A stretch of 64,000 nt of DNA from Octopus vulgaris (taxonomy: Eukaryota): NCBI GenBank assembly GCA_951406725.2, contig OX597831.1, positions 64,914,001 to 64,978,000 of the forward strand, in the 5' to 3' direction. Position numbers and translations under genes: made by a program. Below the pieces are notes generated by a model. That model did not search any database and was not told the DNA's origin. It saw only the letters and a program-made list of their open reading frames with translations. How positions within the stretch are numbered: position 1 is the first letter of the stretch; each line of letters starts with the position of its first letter. Positions 12,912 through 25,143 of this stretch are shown piece by piece.

Positions 12912-13318
12912 GGATCTTTTCGGTTTGACCGGCAGTTTTTTCTTAGCGGTGTCATATGAAATTGTCACCCATAATTATGACCCTAGTATCGATCTATAGC
13001 ATTTCAATCTGTTTTAGGGTTAGGGTTAGGGGTGGGGGGAAGGGTATCTTTTTTCTTCACAAATGTAAATAAACCCAATCTGTTTCTTAAACGAGGGACA
13101 TATTCATACGGCACAGAATGCTTTTTAACTCAATAGACGTCACTGATTGGTTGAAATTGCAGAAATTAAAGAAAAAAAGCCAACAAATATCTTACAAACT
13201 GTAGAATTTTCCCAATAAAGCCAAGAGAAAAAGATGTTTTATAAACACATTCTACCAGTATACAAAGTTTAAAAGTGTTTAGTTACGTGGAAATTATTTT
13301 AAAAAACCGAAAAGATCC
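12912..13318. mobile_element. GG...CC MITE (Merlin-like), copy 3
   Basis: TIRs (right one internally deleted); perfect 8-bp TSD TGAATTAA. Confidence 0.93.
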
Positions 13319-14523
13319 TGAATTAATATTGATTTCAAATTTTGGCACTAGGCTACCTATTTCGGGGAAAGGGTAAATAAATTACATCGACCCCAGGACT
13401 CAACTGGTATTTATTTTATCGGCCCCGAAATATAAAATCGACCCCTGTGGAATTTGAACACAATACGTGAAGACAGACGAAATGCCGCTAAATATTTTGC
13501 CCGGCGTGTTAACGATTCTCCCAGCTCGCCGCCTTAATCTGATTACTTAATATTTTCTGAGATTTTGAAACAGCCATTGAAATAATTCAGATTTTTCAAA
13601 TTTATTTATTGGGCTATTGAATACAAGTCATTAAAACATTTGGTTTCTGATCTTGTTTTTTTTTTGTTTTAATGTTAGCATTTTATGATGCGTCATTATT
13701 GCCATTATTCGTTTATGAAGTCTATAAATGTTTTCTGTGTCATTGTTTATTAATTGTTCTCGTACTTAGCAATCAAACGTTGAATATAGCGAAAATAAAA
13801 GATCGTGCACATACTCTAGTTCATAAGTGTCATATAAGAATTAATTGTTTCTTAAGAATATTACTAATACAATACTTACTAGATAATCTAAACACACACA
13901 CCTACATATAGTAGTTACAACGATAAAATCTAATGAGCTTGTGATTACTCGTTCTAATTATAAACTTTATGGTTTGCTTTATGAGTAATTTCAATTTTAT
14001 GACTGTCCCATTAGTCAGCAGTCATCGTTATAAACACTTTTTGAACACAGTTTTCGTTTGTGTTTTTTATCTGAAAGTTCTTTGTTTGAATTTATGTTTG
14101 ATAGATTCGTGTGTTTTGCAAAGGGGTCGCATTTATTATTTTGAATAGTTACACCCGATTCAAGTACGGCTACGGCCGGCGTGAGTAAGGTTCAGTCGAC
14201 AGAAATTAAGCAGAAGACGGTCGGAGAAACAGTTCTTGTTACTGAGTGATTTTGCAACCCCTAGAATTTCCAGTTAAAATGAAGATTTTGAAATATAGTC
14301 GCTATTTAACACTACACGGCAATATTTCATAATGATAGGATAGTAACAGTTTTAGTTCAACGTGTGAGATTTTTTTCAAATCGGTCCCTAGTGTTTTTTT
14401 AGTATAGGTTGACAGTTTAGGTCATATGGTATTTGCGTTCGGCTCTTTGCTCTCTGACAGCAACACCCATGATGATACAGATACCAAGCCGTTTCGACAC
14501 TTGTCTTTCCATTTAAGAATATC

Positions 14524-14754
14524 TATTTCTTTACTACCCACAAGGGGCTACACACAGAGGGGACAAACAACGACAGACAAAGGGATTGAGTCGATTACAT
14601 CGACCCCTGTGCGTAACTGGTACTTAATTTATCGACCCCAAAAGGATGAAAGGCAAAGTCGACCTCGGCGGAATTTGAACTCAGAACGTAACGGCAGACG
14701 AAATACGGCTACGCATTTCGCCCGGCGTGCTAACATTTCTGCCAGCTCGCTGCC
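14524..14754 (-). mobile_element. SINE family A, full-length monomer
   Basis: 11-bp TSD TTAAGAATATC at 14513-14523 and 14755-14765. Other monomers or partial copies lie near 2856-3037, 13330-13536, 16027-16220, 26785-27012, 53490-53700, 57431-57600 and 59503-59703. Confidence 0.92.
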
Positions 14755-15231
14755 TTAAGAATATCGATGTCGCAGAGAGGGGAGATTGCCAGCATGGCAA
14801 AGTGCTGTTCTTCTTTAAAAAATTTTACCCTGGCGTGTGTTTTGGCAACAAACTTTTTAAATGCAGAAACATGTTTTCTTGAAACATACGTAGCCCCATC
14901 CCCTAGAATATACGCTGAACCAAAACCAACACTTGTAACCTATGGTTACAAGGTTACAAAGGATTCTACTTCGTGATAAGGGCGATATTTCAGCAGTCAT
15001 AGAAACACTGGAGTTTCTAACTTGACACCGAGAGTTTGCTACCATATTAGACCTTCTAGCAACCATTCCAGTGACCAGCAGAAGTATGGTGTTAAGTTCA
15101 CAACTAAGACAGTATTAGTTAATAAAATTAGGCAATTCATCTCAAATAATGGCAAAATACCGGCTGTATAGCGTAAATCGAGTAACGTCGTCTAAGTTTA
15201 TTGGAATAAACATAGTCTCAAGTATAATCTA

Positions 15232-15565
15232 AAGGATGAAAGGCAAAGTCAACCCCGGCGGAATTTGTACTCAGAACGTAAAGACGGACGAAATACCGCT
15301 TACATTTTGCCCGGCGCGGTAACGATTCTGCCAGCTCGTTGCCCTTGTGTTAATATGAAATGTGTGGTCAAGTCGGTGATCTGGCAGAATCGTCAGCACC
15401 CTAGGTAAAATGCTTAGCGGCTTTTCGCCCGTCTTTACGTTCTGAGTTCAAATTCCGCCGAGGTTGACTTTGCCTTTCATCATTCGGTGTTGATAAAATA
15501 AGTACCAGTTACGCACTGGGGTAGATGTAATCGACTTATTCTCTTTCCCCGCTGAAATTTGAAAT
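15232..15565. mobile_element. Head-to-head inverted pair of family A SINEs
   Basis: Minus copy 15232-15345 and plus copy from about 15376, ~30 bp apart. Confidence 0.85.
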
Positions 15566-16559
15566 TTGATGTCCCATGTGACGGTTTTGTACTGAAAAAT
15601 AAAATGTAAAATTGGGCGTCATTTTTTTTTTATTAGCTCCATAATTCGTTCAAATTGCAAATGTTCGAAGCGTAACACTTTCACTTTCCCTGTAGTAATC
15701 CTTTTGTTGTTCTTCATTACAAGCAAATAAAGGGCTCCAAGCAAAAGCAAAGGTTCTTGATGATGGAGGGGTGGAGGCTGTCCTGCATCCACACAAGGCT
15801 ACAGGCTGTTTACGGAATTGTCACCATCAATGAAAAACAAAACCTGTCAAAGAGGGAATCAAAAGGCCTTTCAATATTGTGCATACATATACAGGAATTA
15901 TAGATGTATATTTAAATATATCTTTTATCTTTTACGTGCTTCAATCATCAGATTGTGGTCATGCCGGGTCATTCTCTTGAATTTTAGTCGAACGAATCGA
16001 CCCCAGTACTTTCTTAAAGTCTATTGGTAGCACGCCTGGCGAAATGCTTAGTGGTATTTCGTCTGCCGCTACGTTCTGAGTTCAAATTCCGCCGAGGTCG
16101 ACTTTGCTTTTCATCCTTTCGGGGTCGATTAAATAAGTACCATATAATCGACTTAATCCGTTTGTCTGTCGTTGTTTGTCCTCTCTGTATTTGGCCCCTC
16201 GTGGGTAGTAAAGAAATAGGTCTTTTGTCGAAGTGCTAAGTAGCGGGGGTGTAAATGCACCAACACCGGTTGTCAAGCAAATACAATCTTCTAACAGGAC
16301 CAAATAATCCGGTTTGACCAGTCGCAGCCCATTTTTTAAGTAGCGATCTTGGACCTCTCCGTTCGGTAATCTTTGCCTGAACAAGCTAGGGTTTTGTAAG
16401 AAGCCTGCGAAACATTAAATCACATGGAGCCGAATCAAACTGTTTTAACTAATAATATGTGTAACTCCTACTAAATGTGTTGTGTGCCTTTGTTTTTCGT
16501 TTATTCACTCACTCGTGTTAATATTGCTTCCGTCGCTAATAATTAAGTTTTGATAAGCT

Positions 16560-16975
16560 TCTCTGGAGCAGAAACGTGGCCCCTCTCGAAGACCCTTGCA
16601 AAGAGGATGACGGCTTGGATAACAGAGCCCTGTGAACCATCGAGAACGTCAGATGGTACCATTACATTTCCAACGAACAACTACTGCGCACCCGCATCAG
16701 CGCGCAGCATCCCACCTCATACCTGTCTGTCACATGCTCTGGTACGGATATATCATCCATCTCTCGCCAGATCATCCTACTAGGGCTTTATTCTCAGTTG
16801 ACGCAGCAGTTGCAGGCTGGAAGGGACCTGGTGGTAGGTCCTGCACCAAATAGCTGGGTGTGATTGGGGAGTATCTCCAGAAGCTCGACTCATCTTGGAG
16901 AATGCGGAGGGGTTGACACGGGACCGTCAGCGATGGCGAGCACTGGTGGACCTGATCGCATCTACGCATGATGAA
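16560..16975 (+). mobile_element. RTE-clade LINE ORF C-terminal remnant
   Basis: GAETWPL, WYGYIIH, PDHPTR and GWKGPGGRSCTK match the RTE C-terminal pattern; frameshifted. Confidence 0.65.
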
Positions 16976-17330
16976 GTCTCAGGGACCATTAACCTGGGAT
17001 TACCCCATCCTCATCAAGCAAGTGCATGAAGCAAATAAGCTAGCTATTCGCAACATCAGCATCTGGAAAGATGCTGAAATTCATCATATCGTAGCAGCGA
17101 TATTTGACTGTCATGCGGTCTCCCGTTGCTTCCACTTATGAGTGCCAATAGAACAAAATCACGTGATATGGAAAGAAATCTAGCGTCCGCGACAGACGAA
17201 TATCACCTGCTACGATCTATATGTGTGCCTTTTTGCACCAATCGTTCATAACGCAGTGTTTGATGTTCGAACAAGACATCCATGTTTAATTGGATATAGA
17301 AATTACCTTTTGGTACATTAATACTGCTAA

Positions 17331-17420
<90 letters not shown>

Positions 17421-17423
<3 letters not shown>

Positions 17424-17574
17424 TAATAATCATCATCATCATCGTTTAACGTCTGCTTTCCATGCTAGTATGGGTTGGACGATTTTGACTGAGTGCTGGC
17501 GAACCAGATGGTTGCACCAGGCTCCAATCTTGATTTGGCAGAGTTTCTACAGCTGGATGCCCTTCCTAATGCCA
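17421..17574 (-). mobile_element. 3' part of an RTE-mobilised SINE
   Basis: Minus strand has GGAAGGGCATCCAGCTGTAGAAAC and ends GACGTTAAAC(GAT)n. Confidence 0.65.
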
Positions 17575-18023
17575 TATATATATTTACATACATACATACT
17601 GGGGGAATAGGCAAGTAGCTCTGATTTTGTATTGAACAGAAGGAATGTGGTATATGATTAAATGATGAGATGTATCGATTATTAATTAATGTGATTTAAT
17701 GCCTGGCTGAATGAAATGGTTGGCAATAAATTGTCAATGTGTTTACCATTGTATTTATTTGGGGAGACACTGTTTAAGTTGTTTGAGAAAAGCAGACATC
17801 CTAGTTTTGCAAATATTAAAGAGGAACCCTTCATTGAAAGAGTGAGAAACACGATATCAAAATAACCAGCGATAAAGGTTTATTTTTATTTTCATTTATT
17901 TTCTCGAATTAATTAATGGGTTTATAATTACAAACAGTAATGAGTGAAAACAATAAAAGCAAGAGATCTACTAGTACTTCTGATTTAATGTTCCACTGTG
18001 GGTAAGAGTAGAATCTATATTTT

Positions 18024-19136
18024 CTATTGAACTGCTCGGTAAATAGAACTTAGAGTCTGACTGGCGGCCATCCCAGTCGAAACGCCGCCGCTACTGATAC
18101 TCGGCAGCCTGGATGATCGTCTGTTTGTTGGAAATTTAACTTTCATCCAACGGAAAACTGTTTTCACTTCCTTCCTAACAACTTTACCAGTGATAGCATA
18201 AAGATAAAAGTTAATACCATAGTTGATGTCCCATAGCATATTGACAGGTCCCAGAGCTACACTCAAAGATGTTTGCCAGTCTGGTCGGAGTTGCATCAGG
18301 AGGACAAGCATGGCGTTTGGCAAGAACAGAATTACAAAGGAAATTGATAAAACGAGTAACATTTTGGTGATTCGGTTGCGGTTGTTCAGTTGTTGACGAT
18401 GAGAAACAATATCTGATTGACAGCGAAGGGCAAATATAATCCCTATATTAGAAATAATTATTATAACTAACGGAGCCACAGTGACACACGTTGTAGCTAT
18501 GGTGTAATGAACATTCTGAGCTTGTCTAGCCATGCCACATACGTTACAGGCGAACTGGCTGAAGTAGAACACATAAGAGAGACCTATGCAAACACTCATT
18601 ACCAGGGCCACCAAAACAGTATTCGCAATTTTGGGGGTACAGAATTGTGCGGCACTAAATGGAAATGCTGTGACGATGATACGTTCACATGTGATGCACA
18701 CCAATAACCAAGAACATATCACATGGTTTGCAGTCATGAAATATTCGCTGAAACCACACAAGAAGTCTGTACGGAATGTTATAATGATTTCACTTTTTAA
18801 AATGGTGGACAATAAATTGATCCAGAATAGAGCCCGGATGATCAGAGATAACGAATCACATATCGCCAGTAGACTAAGGTAGCGGCTGAACGACTGTTTA
18901 CGTAAAGCTGGTCTCTGCATGACAATGAACACTAAAATATTGCCGATCAATCCAAATGTTAATACCACTGATAACTCGAACAGCCTAACCCAGGCCCCAG
19001 TGTGTGATGATTGCTGCATTAACGGATATTCTATCATAAATGCCCAGTAGTTGCTTTCTTGGGTACATGCTTCTTGAATGCCGACCCCTTGGGTGCAAAT
19101 CTCTTGAGTGATATTCTCAGTAGAATCAGTTACCAT
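18024..19136 (-). CDS. Class A (rhodopsin-family) GPCR, FMRFamide/peptide-receptor-like orphan; intronless CDS, 370 aa
   Basis: Seven hydrophobic segments with TM1 GLIGN, TM2 LAICD, Cys at the top of TM3, CERI in place of DRY followed by AFPF, TM6 FVILFLP, TM7 NYGINFYLY. ATG at 19136 in AAGATGG context, N-glycosylation sequon NIT near the N-terminus. The ORF-track extension to 19196 crosses a splice acceptor. Confidence 0.93.
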   Translation of the reverse strand: MVTDSTENITQEICTQGVGIQEACTQESNYWAFMIEYPLMQQSSHTGAWVRLFELSVVLTFGLIGNILVFIVMQRPALRKQSFSRYLSLLAICDSLSLIIRALFWINLLSTILKSEIIITFRTDFLCGFSEYFMTANHVICSWLLVCITCERIIVTAFPFSAAQFCTPKIANTVLVALVMSVCIGLSYVFYFSQFACNVCGMARQAQNVHYTIATTCVTVAPLVIIIISNIGIIFALRCQSDIVSHRQQLNNRNRITKMLLVLSISFVILFLPNAMLVLLMQLRPDWQTSLSVALGPVNMLWDINYGINFYLYAITGKVVRKEVKTVFRWMKVKFPTNRRSSRLPSISSGGVSTGMAASQTLSSIYRAVQ

Positions 19137-19161
19137 CTTGAATATTTCAAGTTCAAGGAAT

Positions 19162-19180
19162 CTGTAATAGAGAATCGAAA
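19162..19180 (-). promoter_or_regulatory. Splice acceptor of a 5'-UTR intron of the GPCR
   Basis: Minus strand reads tttcgattctctattacag|attcc, 25 nt before the ATG. A candidate donor TGA|GTAAGT at 19504 would give a 343-nt intron. Confidence 0.55.
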
Positions 19181-19993
19181 TCATCAGTCTTGACAAAACA
19201 TTTTATTTCTGACAGGACCACTATTATAATGGTGAGTTCATATTAAGGTGAATTTTTTTTCTGTGTAATAAACATTGACATTAATACGAATTTAAACAAG
19301 AAGCTCAAGATTTTAAACACTTTATCCTGAATTTTATCAGACATTCCACAGAAGTTAGCTTGGATGTTGAGTTACATAACAGAGATTTTAGATTTAAGGT
19401 AGTCCCAAGCTTTCGCTTCCTACCATTTTACAAATTCAGTTAGATATCGCATATTGGAAATAAAGATCAATTATGAATCTCACAAAAAGACAAAGTATAC
19501 TTACTCAAGAGAAAGCAGAGCCATCCAATGCCTGAACAGTTATTTACTCTTTGCGACGTCTCTGGTAAAACCAGTGATGGCAGATAAACCTAATAACACA
19601 GGGTAACGACAATTGTTCACAAGTGTTTTGATGGGTGTTCTAAGCATACACTTATTTGCTGAATCTTTTTACTACTTTCAGCTATTTGACTGCAGCTATA
19701 CTGGGACACCGCCTTGAAGGATTTTAGACGAACAAATCAACCATAGGAGTTTTTTAAAGCCTGGTACTCTCTCTTTTGCAGCACCGCTAAGTTACGAGGA
19801 TGTAAACGAACTAACACATGTTGCCAAGTAGTGTTTGTGGGGCACTGGAATTCTTCAATAAGATAAGTTATGATTTTATTTTTCATTAATATTGTTATGT
19901 TTTATTCGATTATTTATTGTTAAGATACATATATTTCTATATTTATTTGCTAATTATTATAGGTTAAGATACATTAATTTTATTATTATTTTA

Positions 19994-20091
19994 GACCTGA
20001 AGAGTGGCTATATTTTTAAATCGAATTAATTTTAATAGCATCGATTTTATTATTATCGATTTAAAGATATAGTTACGAAACGAGCGTAGTC
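19994..20091 (+). ncRNA. Minimal type I hammerhead ribozyme with 21-bp helix II, canonical core
   Basis: Helix I GAC/GTC; core CTGAAGA 19997-20003; helix II 20004-20024 pairs with 20056-20076 (21 bp, 3 G.U); GAAA 20077-20080; helix III AC/GT with GAGC loop; GUA site ending at 20088. Confidence 0.78.
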
Positions 20092-20258
20092 AATTTAATG
20101 TTTATTTAATTTAGTGATTTTTAAAATAATATTTATAATAGTATATTTAATTTTTTTCTATATAATATAGATAATGTCTTTCCCTATTGAATTACTTAAT
20201 AGAGGTTATTTCTCTTAATTATATATATTTATATTTATTGAGTGATATGTGTACTATT

Positions 20259-21800
20259 ACGAGATGGCTAAACGGTTCATATCACATACATTTTGCTAGA
20301 CCAATAATTTGGAAGGAACCCAAAAGAGCACAAATCTCACAAGGACTGTAATTTCTACCAAATGAGTTCAAGAGGGCCACTTCAAAAACAAGGAAATAAA
20401 TTAAATGTCTTAATAATGAGACTAGTTCCTCATAGTGCTCAACAATATTTTGCAGACCATGTTAATTTAATTGATTAGAAATCAAATGACCCAGGAGCGT
20501 ATCACAAAGAACAAGTTTGCATTTCTAATCCGACATTCCAGGCTATTTGCTTTTCCAGTAAGCATATTTACTTTCATAATGAGATTTGGATGATCAAGGT
20601 TAAAATCTACTGCAAAGTGATACCAAAGTTTGCATTTCTGGCATTCACCATGATGTATTCAAAGAATGGTTCTCCCAATCGGCCAAGGGAAACATTTGGT
20701 CAGGAGCATAACATGGACATTTTCTTGATTCCTTAAAAGCCAGCATGGAAGCAGTCTTTCTTCATAAGTTCTCTTATGTTACTTACTTCACATGCTGCAA
20801 ACATGTTTTTAGGAACAGTTCAGGATTAGAAACATAAGTAAAATATCTCTAGAGATCTGAAGGCGATAGCATTATTAACTAAGGTTACTGATAGGCTATA
20901 GTTAAGTTAAGTTAATTTTTTGGCTCAAAAAGCAAAAGCAAGGCCATGTAGGGGGACATGGAGTTATGTACAGGGAGGGTGTTCATGCAAGAGTTCAGGC
21001 CATTTATGGTCAAGAGAGACTTTGAACTGAGCGGTCGCCGGCATCTTCACTATCTCGTCCGGCAGCTTATTCCACGGATCCGCAACCCGGACGGAGAAAG
21101 CTCCTCTCCTTCGATTGAGATGAAATCGTCGCAGATAGAGCTTTTCGGAGTGACCCCGCAGTGACCAAGTATTGTTGCTTTTCGTGTGAGTAGAACGATG
21201 CTAAGGAGAGGCGATGCCTTTACATTCGGAAGATTTCGTGAAAATGTATAACACTTGTGTTGGGTAAGAAAATGTTTCGAGCGATTCACTTGCTGACCTG
21301 GAGAAAGCGTTTTCTTTACTTTTGCATATCAAGCTTGGACTTACGGAAAACGATAGTTAAAAGTGCAAACTAGATTCAAATAACAACAGTTATCCTGGAT
21401 CAGTGATGCCAAGGCTAAGGAAAATATTTTTTAGCCCCTCACAACAGAGAATTAGTAAGAGAAAAGAAATTTAAAGGAGAGAAAAGGTTGCAGAACAAAG
21501 CTTTGTAAATGCCTATGCAAACATGTTGAAAAATTATAAGGCTGTAAATAGATCTTCTGAAATCTAAACAAGAAATGGAGGTGAAATATGTTATTAAAGT
21601 TCAATTTCTAGGACTCTCACTTGAATTTTTTTCTTTACAGAAAAAATGGATGAGACTAATAACGAAGTAAGTGAACGGTTTCAAGAAGACATTTTGCTAA
21701 CATAATAAAGCATTATCAAGTCGATAGGAGCCACAGTTTGCTTGTTGAAGACGGCTAGGCTCATAAGAGAAACATGTCGAGGACAAAGTGTGATAGGAAA
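20259..21800 (+). mobile_element. Highly decayed DNA transposase, CMC/Chapaev3-like, interrupted by a CR1 fragment
   Basis: Broken frames give RWLNG..FARPIIWKEPK..DCNF, TKYCCFSCE, LHIKLGL, ISDAK, DSHL.FF and ERFQEDI in the expected order. Family name is from motif recall. Confidence 0.6.
20901..21161 (-). mobile_element. CR1-group LINE 3' end
   Basis: Encodes LRGHSEKLYLRRFHLNRRRGAFSVRVADPWNKLPDEIVKMPATAQFKVSLD, then a short 3' UTR ending in (TTAAC)3. Confidence 0.85.
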
Positions 21801-22554
21801 TCAATTCAAGTTACTTTTTAAAACAAATGTAAATCTTTCTTTGTATCTAAAATAAATGTGTAATATCTGCCTTAAAAAATTAAACTGCATGCGACACAAA
21901 ACCCTGAACCAATAAAGAAATGCAGTCCGTGCGTATCACTTAGGTTGACGAGAGAGGGATGACCACCCTTTGCAAATACCTTAAGGGCACAGAAAGTGTG
22001 CCTAAAGCCAGCTGGAGACGATGATCTCCTGGGGCTAAAAGCTACAGTAACACCCACCCTTAGTGGTTAGCCATATTGAGATGGCTAGTATACTTTACGT
22101 TGTCGAGCAGTTACTGTTTACATCTCGTTCAGAGATTTATCATTGCTTGAATAAAGAAATGTTTATTCATAAAGGAATATTTTTTGTTTGTTTGTTTGTT
22201 TGTTTGTTTGTTTGTTTTTTTCTTTCTTTCTTTCTGTATTTATTTGTTTATTTTGCTTAGGGTAATCAAAATTCTCTGAACACACATAAAGAAACATTCA
22301 TTTTCAAAAACTCTCCTACACATACATATATACATATATACGCAACAACATAAATATACACCATACACATACTCACACAGACATACTCTCTCTCTCACAT
22401 ACACCCTCCACACGCACACAAGCACACACACACACACACTCTCACACCACATATATATGCTCGCACACTCATGAGAACACGAAATCATGAAATAACGTTA
22501 AGATTTCGAACTATTGCCATATGCGTAGGCTCATTTATATTCATGTTAGAACAC

Positions 22555-22646
<92 letters not shown>

Positions 22647-23243
22647 GCACACACACAAACACAAATACACACACGAATTTCCTCGCTGCAAAATGGCACA
22701 CATCTCAGTTTTCGTCTGTTTCTTCGGCTGAACTTTGACATTTGTGTGTTAAGAAGGTCAACGTTTTAATAATAGGAAAGAATGTTCTGCATTCATAGAT
22801 TTGTCAACAACCCAACGTTTGTATAACACTACTTATTTGTCTATATAAGTCGTCCAAATAACACCCACTTTTGTTTCCAATGCCGTATTATCTGTAAAGC
22901 ACACATTGTCTGCAGACCTCTAACAACAAACCAACGTGCTAGTCTCTATCTGGTCGCTATAACTACAAGAAATAACAACCAAATCTTCCTACTCTTTTAA
23001 ATGAAGTAATTCTTATTGCATAATGTGATACTGGATGCACGCTGCGTGTTAAAACGATGTGATGGGCACAAATTGAACACCTTTGACCACATGTCTGGTC
23101 AGTCACGACTGACTGACTGACCTGGGGTCAGATAAGTTCTCTGAGATTTATAACAAAGAACTTGGAAGTTATGATGTCAATACATGAACAAACATAAAGA
23201 CAATTATTCTGATAGAGGCTCATATTCAATTTACATTTTAGAT

Positions 23244-23571
23244 CAGAGGTTCTCAACCATTTTTTACTTTTGGACGCCCTTGATTCCTATTTTACTCGGG
23301 GTGGGGGACCCTCATGGTCATTTAAAGCATAAAAACCCTATTTTATTTTCATGATTAGGAATTATGCAAAAATTGTTTAAATATTTTGTTTAAATATTTT
23401 GCCCCAGCATGGCCGCAGCCTTCGGGCTGAAACATTTTAAAGGATTTTAAGGATTTATACTGCAGAAGTATGACCAATTTATTGCAAATAACTTTTTGCA
23501 ACAAAATCTTGTTTGGACTCCGAGGGTCATGGATCCGCAAGGGTCATGTGGTCCCCGGTTGGAAATCATTG
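23244..23571. mobile_element. hAT (Charlie-type) MITE
   Basis: Ends CAGAGGTTCTCAACC and GGTTGGAAATCATTG; perfect 8-bp TSD TTTTAGAT. Confidence 0.85.
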
Positions 23572-24562
23572 TTTTAGATAGAATATTTGGCTGGAAGACT
23601 AGTGAACTAGTGTAGCAAGATGAAGATAGCATTTTACTGGTTACGACACTTCCAACCTCAACTGAACATGAGACGAGAGACTTATGTACCGCATTTTTCG
23701 GTGTATAAGTCGAATATTTCAGATCAGAATTTACAAAAAAAAAAACCGAAGAAAAAAAGGTCGACTTATACACCAAGACAACTTTGGAGGAGTAAAATGC
23801 AACAGGATTTATAAAGATAGTGACCATGCTACATGTTTACACAATATACTACTTCAGTTTGGATGCCAGAAAATACGAGTCATTCGACCTGCTTGAAATG
23901 GTAGATAAATTCCCTTCAAATAACATCCCAGCGTCTTAAAAAAAGGAGAGCACATCAGATAAAAGTTGGCCAAGTTACTCCTAAAAATACGGAGTGGTCG
24001 CGGTTGGAATGCCTTTGAACATAGGTTTGAACGATCCGGCATGACCCGGGGCTAAACAGCCGATGACAATTCATGGCAATCCGCATTTTTACACAGTCAT
24101 GGCCTCCTTTCTCATGGGTAAAAATCACATCATAGTTGAACCTTTTATAGATACAAATACACACTAAAATACTTCCTTCAGTATCCACGACGGCGCACTG
24201 ACCGCACATGTTCCAGACAGCGCTCTATTCCAACCCCAACCCACCTCTGTCGCTTATCTACAAAGTCCTTCGTTTCACTGGATTTAATGAACAATTACTT
24301 CTGTCTGCCAAAGACATAAGTTCCAACAGCATTTCAGTTTTTGAACCTTAACCTTCTCTCTACTCCTTTAGAACGTCCTACTTGGCTCGACTTACAATAA
24401 TTTGAAATCATTACATCATCGTTATATAAACGTAAAAGGAAACATCATTACCATCGTCATTATTATTATTATGTTGACGTCATAAGAATTTAGAAACTTC
24501 GAAATGAACGCGAAACAATTATTTTGGGGAACATTGACACTCGAAACAAAGCTCTAAATAAT

Positions 24563-25143
24563 CCTTTCTACTATAGGCACGATGCCTGAAATTTGGGGAA
24601 GGGTGATAATAGATTATATCGATCCCAGCGTTTTACTGGTACATAATTTATCAACACCGAAAGGATGAAAGGCAAAGTCGATCTCAGCAGAATTTGAACT
24701 CAGAACGTAACGGCAGACGAAATACCTATTTCTTTACTACCCACAAGGGGCTAAACACATAGAGGACAAACAAGGACAGACAAACGGATTAAGTCGATTA
24801 CATCGACCCCAGTGCGTAACTGGTACTTATTTAATCAACCCCGAAAGGATGAAAGGCAAAGTCGACCTCGGCGGAATTTGAACTCAGAACGTAGCGGCAG
24901 ACGAAATACCTATTTCTTTACTACCTACAAGGGGCTAAATACAGAGAGGACAAACAAGGACAGACAAACAGTTTAAGTCGATTATATCGACTCCAGTGCG
25001 TAACTGGTACTTATTTAATCGACCCCGAGAGGACGAAAGGCAAAGTCGACCTCGGCGGAATTTGAACTCAGAACGTAGCGGCAGACGAAATACCTCTTAA
25101 CATTTCACCCGGCGTGCTAACGATTCTGTCAGCTTGCCGCCTT
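24563..25143 (-). mobile_element. SINE family A head-to-tail trimer
   Basis: 184-bp period; degenerate TSD AACAAAGCTCTAAATAAT / AATAAAGCTATGAATAAT around the whole array. Confidence 0.92.

Noticed and set aside
19137-19196. 20-aa N-terminal extension of the GPCR ORF
   Set aside because: Starts at a non-ATG codon and crosses a good splice acceptor; the ATG at 19136 has better context.
23687-23790. Pogo/Tigger-like end (TACCGCATTTTTCGGTGTATAAG..CTTATACACC), with a similar stretch near 10250-10335
   Set aside because: Too short and degenerate to define both termini.
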